From NCBI GenBank assembly GCA_964384645.1, contig CAYLKL010000007.1, positions 1 through 43,526 of the forward strand: a DNA stretch of 43,526 nt, given 5' to 3'. This DNA comes from an uncultured Candidatus Saccharibacteria bacterium (GTDB lineage Bacteria > Patescibacteriota > Minisyncoccia > Phycocordibacterales > UBA9973). Both the position numbers and the translations under genes were made by a program. The notes beneath the pieces are model-generated. The model searched no databases. It was not told the origin of the DNA and saw nothing but the letters and a program-made list of their open reading frames with translations. This document shows positions 38,189 through 43,526 of the stretch, piece by piece; position 1 is the first letter of the stretch; every line of letters begins with the position of its first letter.

Positions 38189-38201
38189 GCAAAAACTCAT
38201 A

Positions 38202-38256
38202 GCCCTTCAAATCCCGGATTATAAGGAGAGAAGAAGGCAAATAAGACTTTATTAAT
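38202..38256 (+). pseudogene. 3'-terminal remnant (17 codons plus stop: ALQIPDYKERRRQIRLY*) of a DUF45/YgjP-like gene, directly repeating the 3' end of 36148..36669
   Basis: About 47 of 55 nt are identical to 36614-36668, and the reading frame is preserved (QIPDYKERRKQIRLF* vs QIPDYKERRRQIRLY*). Confidence 0.65.
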
Positions 38257-38284
38257 ATTAGACATGCTTTTTTTGACTTCATTT

Positions 38285-38316
38285 TACACGGAACTATTCG
38301 CTCGAATGGTTCGGTG
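38285..38316. repeat. Palindromic element P2 (ACACGGAACTATTCG-CT-CGAATGGTTCGGTGT), 35 bp upstream of the arsR-like start
   Basis: Inverted repeat sharing the core with P1 and P3. Confidence 0.7.
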
Positions 38317-38351
38317 TAAGAAATAAAAATAAAAAGGTGTAAAATATTTGT

Positions 38352-38612
38352 ATGAAGCAATATGAAAAAATATTGAAAGCACTTGCCAACAAAAGAAGGT
38401 TGGAAATAATTAAATATTTAAAAATCAACAAAGAAGCGACGGTCGGCGATCTAGCAGACAAAATAAAAGTATCTATAAAGGCCACATCCAAACATTTAGC
38501 GATTCTCGCAAATGCTGGCGTTTTGGAAAGAGAGCACCGTAGTTCTTTTATTCTTTATTCGCTATCGCGCGAACTAGAGCCGGTCGCAAAAGCAGTTATT
38601 TTTTTGGTTTAA
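38352..38612 (+). CDS. ArsR/SmtB-family HTH transcriptional regulator
   Basis: RLEIIKYLKINKEATVGDLADKIKVSIKATSKHLAILANAGVL is a winged-HTH ArsR signature. Confidence 0.8.
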   Translation: MKQYEKILKALANKRRLEIIKYLKINKEATVGDLADKIKVSIKATSKHLAILANAGVLEREHRSSFILYSLSRELEPVAKAVIFLV

Positions 38613-38630
38613 TTTATTTAGTTGATTTAG

Positions 38631-38668
38631 TATCCATGGAACCATTCGCTCGAATGGTTCCATGGATA
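38631..38668. repeat. Palindromic element P3 (TATCCATGGAACCATTCG-CT-CGAATGGTTCCATGGATA), a perfect 18 bp inverted repeat
   Basis: Perfect palindrome immediately after the arsR-like stop. Confidence 0.75.
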
Positions 38669-38675
38669 TAATGGA

Positions 38676-38861
38676 TTGGGTGGAATGGTGGGGGAAGGAA
38701 GGGGTGTGAATATAGAAAAAGTGCGAGCTTTAGCGGATGGATCTTCAATGCTTGGGCAAATGGCGCTAGGGCAGGGTCTAATAGACCAAATCGGCGATTA
38801 TGCGGATGTGAAGGAATATATAAAAGGGAAATACAATATCGAACCGGAGGTTTGTTGGTAG
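38676..38861 (+). pseudogene. 3' remnant of an sppA-like (S49 signal peptide peptidase) gene, GC-elevated
   Basis: The translation VRALADGSSMLGQMALGQGLIDQIGDYADV matches the conserved SppA C-terminus (..GRVWTG.QAL.LGLVDELGG..). There is no upstream catalytic portion; the frame abuts palindrome P3. Confidence 0.55.
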
Positions 38862-38916
38862 GGGGTGGAATTGAAAAAAGTGTGGTTTTGTGGGATAGTT
38901 CTTAGTATTAAGCACT

Positions 38917-41586
38917 ATGAATCTAGTCCAACTACAAGAAAATCTTGAGAATTTAAGTCAAAACTTTTCAGAGCAAACGTTCATTTTTGATTTGCTTTCA
39001 GTGTATGAGTTGCCTAAAAGTACTATTTCTTTACTTTCTAAAAATCCATACAAATTATCTGGTAGAGATGATCAGATTATCCTCAAGAACAAAGTACTTT
39101 TTCATATAACAACACTCGAGGAAGATGAGCATGTTGCGATCGATGCACTTGCAAAAGATAAGTTCTCATACAAGTTTAACCCTCGATTTATTATCGTTAC
39201 GGATTTCGTAACGTTTTTGGCTATTGATACAAAAACAAAAGAAACACTCGATATTGAAATTAAAGATCTCGGCAAGCATTACGCTTTCTTTTTGCCTTGG
39301 TGCGGAATGGAAAAATCACAGCATGTAAATGAAAATCCTGCCGATATCCGTGCCGCCTACAAAATGGATAAGCTATATCAGGCAATTGTTACTGATGATC
39401 CTGATTACTATAAAAACAATTGCCATGATCTAAACATATTTCTCTCAAGACTTCTGTTCTGCTTCTTTGCGGAAGATACAGGTATTTTTCCTAAAGTTGG
39501 AATGTTTACCAACTCTGTGACTTCTCATACTCACGAAGACGGTAGCGAAATGGATACCTATTTTTCTACACTATTTGATGTTTTGAATACAAAAGATTCA
39601 GATCGATCAAAGTTTGCATCTCATTTTCTAGAATTTCCCTATGTAAACGGAGGTCTTTTTGAAACCAATATTAAGCTACCAACATTTACAGTGAACTCAC
39701 GGAAGTTGATTATTGAATGTGGAAAGCTGAATTGGGATTCTATCAATCCCGATATTTTCGGATCTATGATTCAGGCTGTTGTTCATCCAGGACAGCGTGA
39801 GAATCTTGGAATGCACTACACCTCCGTTCCAAACATAATGAAAGTGATTGAACCTCTCTTTTTAAATGATCTCTATACGGAACTAGAAAATTCAAAGAAT
39901 GATATCAAGAAACTCACAAAACTTCGTGAGCGAGTTTCAAAAATAAAAATCTTTGATCCAGCTTGTGGGTCAGGTAACTTTTTGATTATTTCTTATAAGG
40001 AACTTTCTAAGCTTGAATCAAAGATCATTAGTTATGCCAATGATCTTGGCCATCAGATGATGCCCTATTCGGGTGTATCGCTAAACTCATTTTATGGAAT
40101 TGAGATAGACGATTTTGCACATGAGATAGCTCGACTTTCATTATGGTTGGCACAACACCAGATGAACCAATACTTTGACGGAATGTTTGGAATCATGAAA
40201 GCAACACTCCCTCTTAAAGAAAGTGGAAAGATTGTATGTGCCAATGCAACACGGGCTACTTGGGAAGAAGTTTGTCCTCGCAAGGATCAAGTTGTGGGAG
40301 AATATGAAATCTATGTAGTGGGTAATCCACCATATCTTGGATCTAGAAACCAAGAAGATGAGCAAAAGGAAGATCTAAAAAATCTGTTTGTGAATGACTA
40401 CAAGAGTCTCGACTATATATCAGCTTGGTTTTATAAAGGTGCAAAATATGTTTCAGGTTATGAAAATATTAAACTAGCTTTTGTTTCGACAAACTCGATT
40501 TCTCAAGGAGAACAAGTTTCATTATTGTGGCCAAGAATCTTAGGTGAAGGTGTTGAAATATTTTTTGCGTATCAGTCTTTTAAATGGAAAAATCTTGCAA
40601 AAGGAAATGCAGGAGTTACTTGTGTAATTATTGGATTATCTAACCCTTCAAATCACCCTAAGTATATTTTCAATGATAACCAGTACTCTTTAGTTAAAGA
40701 AATTAATCCATATCTAAAAAATACAACAGTAATAAATGTTAGTAAGCGAAGTAGTCCCATTTCTGAATTACCAGAAATGACATATGGGAATATGCCTCTT
40801 GAAGGGAATTTTTTAAAACTAGATTTATCTGAAAAAGTTGAGTTAATAAATAAATATCCAAATTCAGCAAAATTTATTAGACCACTGATTGGTGGTAGTG
40901 AATTTATGAATGGGAATAGTAGATATTGTCTATGGATAGAAGATGCTGATTTAAATGAAGTAAATAAAATTCCAGATATAAAAAAGCGAATAGAGAGTGT
41001 TCGAAAATTTAGAGAGACTGGCGGAGATGTCGCAAGAACCTTAGCAGACAGATCTCACCAGTTTAGATATCGACATGAAGCTAAAAATCACTTCATAATC
41101 GTACCTTGCACATCTTCAGAAAATAGAGATTATATGCCTTGCGGTGTTTTTAATTCTAAATTCATCAGCCTTAACTCACTTCAAGTGATTTATGATTCAG
41201 ATCTGTATGTTTTTGGTGTATTAGTTTCTAAAATGCACATGACATGGGTGCGTGCTGTGGGAGGCAGACTGAAAACAGACCTAAGATACTCTTCTGCATT
41301 GTGTTACAACACTTTTCCTTTTCCAGATATAACGCCTAAACAAAAAGAATCACTTACTACCCATGTATACAATATTCTGGAAGAGCGCGAGAAATATCCA
41401 AGTAAAACAATGGCTGATTTATATGATCCAGACAAGATGCCAGATGGATTGCGGGAAGCTCACAAATATTTAGATCAAGCCATAGATCAGATATACCGAA
41501 GCAAACCGTTTGAAAGTGACGAAGATCGACTAGCTTACTTGTTCAAACTTTACGAAGAGATGATTACTAGAAAAACTAACCAATAA
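38917..41586 (+). CDS. MmeI-family Type IIL restriction-modification enzyme. A single polypeptide carries an N-terminal PD-(D/E)xK nuclease, a helical spacer, a gamma-class N6-adenine methyltransferase and a C-terminal target-recognition domain.
   Basis: Nuclease motif IIVTDF..LAIDTK (D96, D104, K106); LLFCFFAEDTGIF; FPYVNGGLFE; HYTSVPNIMKVIEPLFL; SAM motif I IFDPACGSGNFL; motif IV VVGNPPY; FVSTNSISQGEQVSLLWP; VPCTSSENRDYMPCG. These blocks are collinear with MmeI. Confidence 0.85.
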   Translation: MNLVQLQENLENLSQNFSEQTFIFDLLSVYELPKSTISLLSKNPYKLSGRDDQIILKNKVLFHITTLEEDEHVAIDALAKDKFSYKFNPRFIIVTDFVTFLAIDTKTKETLDIEIKDLGKHYAFFLPWCGMEKSQHVNENPADIRAAYKMDKLYQAIVTDDPDYYKNNCHDLNIFLSRLLFCFFAEDTGIFPKVGMFTNSVTSHTHEDGSEMDTYFSTLFDVLNTKDSDRSKFASHFLEFPYVNGGLFETNIKLPTFTVNSRKLIIECGKLNWDSINPDIFGSMIQAVVHPGQRENLGMHYTSVPNIMKVIEPLFLNDLYTELENSKNDIKKLTKLRERVSKIKIFDPACGSGNFLIISYKELSKLESKIISYANDLGHQMMPYSGVSLNSFYGIEIDDFAHEIARLSLWLAQHQMNQYFDGMFGIMKATLPLKESGKIVCANATRATWEEVCPRKDQVVGEYEIYVVGNPPYLGSRNQEDEQKEDLKNLFVNDYKSLDYISAWFYKGAKYVSGYENIKLAFVSTNSISQGEQVSLLWPRILGEGVEIFFAYQSFKWKNLAKGNAGVTCVIIGLSNPSNHPKYIFNDNQYSLVKEINPYLKNTTVINVSKRSSPISELPEMTYGNMPLEGNFLKLDLSEKVELINKYPNSAKFIRPLIGGSEFMNGNSRYCLWIEDADLNEVNKIPDIKKRIESVRKFRETGGDVARTLADRSHQFRYRHEAKNHFIIVPCTSSENRDYMPCGVFNSKFISLNSLQVIYDSDLYVFGVLVSKMHMTWVRAVGGRLKTDLRYSSALCYNTFPFPDITPKQKESLTTHVYNILEEREKYPSKTMADLYDPDKMPDGLREAHKYLDQAIDQIYRSKPFESDEDRLAYLFKLYEEMITRKTNQ

Positions 41587-41590
41587 TATT

Positions 41591-43526
41591 ATGAAAACAA
41601 TTCAAGTAGCAGAAGCAACATACGCACAAACAGGACAAAGCACCAAGCTTAATGAGTTTGGTATGCGTGAAATGCAGGCAAAAGCATTTGAGAAAAAAGG
41701 TGCTCAATACCTCCTATTGAAAGCACCACCTGCATCTGGAAAATCTAGAGCTTTAATGTTTCTTGCTTTAGACAAGCTGACTAATCAAGGAATCAAAAAG
41801 GTTATTGTTGCTGTCCCTGAAAAATCTATTGGTGGATCTTTCGGTGAGACCAATTTAACTCAAGGTGGCTTCTTTGCTGACTGGAAACCCAACGATAATT
41901 ACAACCTATGTACTCCAGGTCTCGATAACGCCAAGGGTAAGGTTGAGGCGTTTAAGAACTTTATGGATAACGATGAGAAGATTCTTATCTGCACTCACGC
42001 TACTCTTCGTTTTGCATGTGAACAAATCGAGGATACGAAGTTTAATGACATGCTTATTGCTATAGATGAGTTCCATCATGTTTCTGCTGATAAAGAAAGC
42101 AGTATTTTAGGACGAGTTCTACACGGAATAATGACGAACTCAAACGCACACATTATTGCTATGACGGGGTCGTATTTCCGTGGTGACGGTGTAGCTGTTT
42201 TGTTACCACAAGATGAGGCTAAGTTTCAAAAAGTAACTTACAACTACTACCAGCAGTTGAACGGCTATACATATTTAAAAACCTTGGGTATTGGATACCA
42301 CTTTTATCAAGGTAAATATACTTCGGCGATTGCTGAGGTTCTTGATACAAACAAGAAAACGATTTTACACATTCCAAATGTAAACTCTGGAGAATCTACC
42401 AAAGATAAACTCAATGAAGTTGATTTGATCTTGGATATTATCGGTGAGGTAGACCATCAAGATCGTGAGACTGGTGTTATCTATGTAAAGCGTGACGGTG
42501 ACGGAAAAATACTCAAGGTAGCAAATCTTGTAGATGATTCTGTTGATCGAGACAAGATTTCAAACTATCTCCGTACTATGAAAAAGGAAGAGGACATGGA
42601 TATTATTATTGCTCTTGGTATGGCGAAAGAAGGTTTTGACTGGCCGTACTGCGAACACGCTTTGACTGTCGGCTATCGTAGTTCGCTTACTGAGATCATT
42701 CAGATCATCGGTCGCTGTACTCGTGACAGTGCAAACAAAACCCATGCACAATTCACTAATCTTATTGCTCAACCTGATGCAAAAGACGGCGAGGTTAAAG
42801 TGTCAGTAAACAACATGCTCAAGGCGATCACTTGTTCTTTGCTTATGGAACAAGTTATGGCTCCGCACTATAACTTCAAACCACGATTTCCAAATGATGA
42901 CACCACTTTTACTCCAGGTGAAATAAAGGTAAATGGATTCAAAGCACCAAGTACGGATCGTGTTCGAGAAATTATTGAATCTGATATCAACGATCTCAAA
43001 GCTTCAATTCTTCAAGATGATCAAATGATTAAAGCGTTGCCTGGAAATGTTGATCCCGAGGTAATCAACAAAGTAATGATCCCAAAGATCATTCAGATGA
43101 AATACCCTGATCTAACAGATCTTGAAGTAGAGGAAGTTCGTCAACACGTTGTTGTTGATTCTGTAATTAAGAACGGAGAAATCAAAGAAGTTGGTGATAA
43201 GAAATTTGTTCGTATGGCAGGTCAGTTTGTGAATATTGATGATCTAAATATTGACCTTATCGACAGTATCAATCCGTTCCAAGAAGCTTTTGAGATTCTC
43301 TCAAAATCAGTGACTTCAAGTATCCTTAAGGTTATTCAAGATACAATTGATTCATCTCGAATCGAGATGACACCAGAAGAAGTTAAGATCCTATGGCCTA
43401 AAGCTAAGGAGTTCACAATACAAACAGGTCGAAAGCCAGACATATCTTCGTCTGACCCCCTTGAGAAGCGTTTGGCGGAAGCGGTACTGTACTTGAAGAA
43501 GCTCAAGGCTGAACAAATTCAAAATT
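41591..43526 (+). CDS. SF2 (ResIII/DEAH-type) helicase, 3'-truncated by the window end (at least 645 aa). It starts 4 nt after the MmeI-like stop and is absent from the ORF track because no stop lies within the window.
   Basis: Motif I LLKAPPASGKS, motif II IAIDEFHH, motif III IAMTGSY, motif VI QIIGRCTR. The frame is open from the ATG at 41591 to the window end. Confidence 0.75.
   Translation, partial: MKTIQVAEATYAQTGQSTKLNEFGMREMQAKAFEKKGAQYLLLKAPPASGKSRALMFLALDKLTNQGIKKVIVAVPEKSIGGSFGETNLTQGGFFADWKPNDNYNLCTPGLDNAKGKVEAFKNFMDNDEKILICTHATLRFACEQIEDTKFNDMLIAIDEFHHVSADKESSILGRVLHGIMTNSNAHIIAMTGSYFRGDGVAVLLPQDEAKFQKVTYNYYQQLNGYTYLKTLGIGYHFYQGKYTSAIAEVLDTNKKTILHIPNVNSGESTKDKLNEVDLILDIIGEVDHQDRETGVIYVKRDGDGKILKVANLVDDSVDRDKISNYLRTMKKEEDMDIIIALGMAKEGFDWPYCEHALTVGYRSSLTEIIQIIGRCTRDSANKTHAQFTNLIAQPDAKDGEVKVSVNNMLKAITCSLLMEQVMAPHYNFKPRFPNDDTTFTPGEIKVNGFKAPSTDRVREIIESDINDLKASILQDDQMIKALPGNVDPEVINKVMIPKIIQMKYPDLTDLEVEEVRQHVVVDSVIKNGEIKEVGDKKFVRMAGQFVNIDDLNIDLIDSINPFQEAFEILSKSVTSSILKVIQDTIDSSRIEMTPEEVKILWPKAKEFTIQTGRKPDISSSDPLEKRLAEAVLYLKKLKAEQIQN

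Noticed and set aside
497-40365. Numerous 60-150 aa track ORFs antisense to or nested inside confidently assigned genes (for example 497..706, 1263..1721, 2006..2218, 4275..4475, 6406..6666, 7227..7832, 9128..10263, 14100..14462, 16177..16434, 18226..19869, 28188..28701, 37281..37819, 40092..40365)
   Set aside because: Each lies wholly inside a well-supported conserved gene on the opposite strand or in an alternative frame. They have low-complexity composition typical of AT-rich shadow ORFs.
1-43526. Genome-wide genetic code 25 (UGA=Gly), suggested by the proS TGA-at-Gly
   Set aside because: TGA functions as a real stop in typical ATGA start/stop overlaps (23738-23741, 24001-24004) and at 27065-27067. 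Long genes such as uvrA, uvrB and the MmeI-like gene are uninterrupted under the standard code. No tRNA(UCA) is present in the window.
38917-43526. Complete BREX type 3 (pglX-brxHII) or Type III Mod-Res system
   Set aside because: No brxC or brxF lies upstream; the upstream genes are arsR-like and gene remnants. The MTase is gamma-class with its own nuclease domain, unlike beta-class Type III Mod. Downstream content is unseen, so only the unusual pairing is reported.
1-43526. CRISPR arrays, integrases/transposases, prophage blocks
   Set aside because: No regularly spaced direct repeats were found. No recombinase-like ORFs were recognised. The only mobile signatures are short palindromes, the MITE-like inverted repeats and the direct-repeat-bounded SPFH cassette.

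Overview
This 43.5 kb window is AT-rich and gene-dense. Its housekeeping gene content and gene order point to a small-genome bacterium of the Patescibacteria/CPR type; this is an inference from the reduced protein architectures (ProS without the INS editing domain, TruB without PUA, UvrC without the HhH domain) and the weak Shine-Dalgarno usage. Core genes: a partial dnaG followed by rpoD (the classic macromolecular-synthesis operon); a dsbA-like thioredoxin; a DUF378 membrane protein; a processive GT2 glycosyltransferase; rpsB-tsf on the minus strand; proS; mreB-mreC; tgt-truB; uvrB; uvrA; uvrC-ddl; a bPH_2 membrane protein; an ECF sigma with its anti-sigma; type II NADH dehydrogenase; and a family-4 UDG. 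There are three minus-strand tRNAs, Thr(UGU), Ala(UGC) and Ala(GGC), each abutting a bidirectional intrinsic terminator. The anomalies are concentrated in four places. (1) A 1.2 kb atypical spacer at 7.8-9.05 kb carries a GC-elevated ORF, palindromes and MITE-like inverted repeats, and is followed by a proS whose reading frame contains an in-frame TGA exactly at a conserved Gly. (2) At 25.86-26.3 kb a short plus-strand unit bounded by terminators reads like a mosaic of 16S rRNA conserved blocks (GGGCGTAAAGGGT; TGTCGTGAG..GGTTAAGTCC; AACTGCC..GAGGAAG in 16S order), next to tRNA-Ala(UGC). (3) Several repeat families recur across the window: a palindrome family P1/P2/P3, a 46 bp hairpin element in two copies, and a duplicated promoter/5'UTR module. 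(4) An accessory mosaic at 35.4-43.5 kb holds divergent HExxH (DUF45/SprT-like) genes, a flotillin-like SPFH gene inserted between approximately 55 bp direct repeats of the DUF45 3' end, an ArsR-family regulator flanked by palindromes, a GC-rich 3' remnant of an sppA-like gene, an intact MmeI-family Type IIL restriction-modification enzyme, and 4 bp downstream an SF2 helicase that runs off the window. This MTase-nuclease plus helicase pair does not fit canonical Type I/II/III, Type ISP or complete BREX layouts and is the best candidate here for an undescribed defence module.
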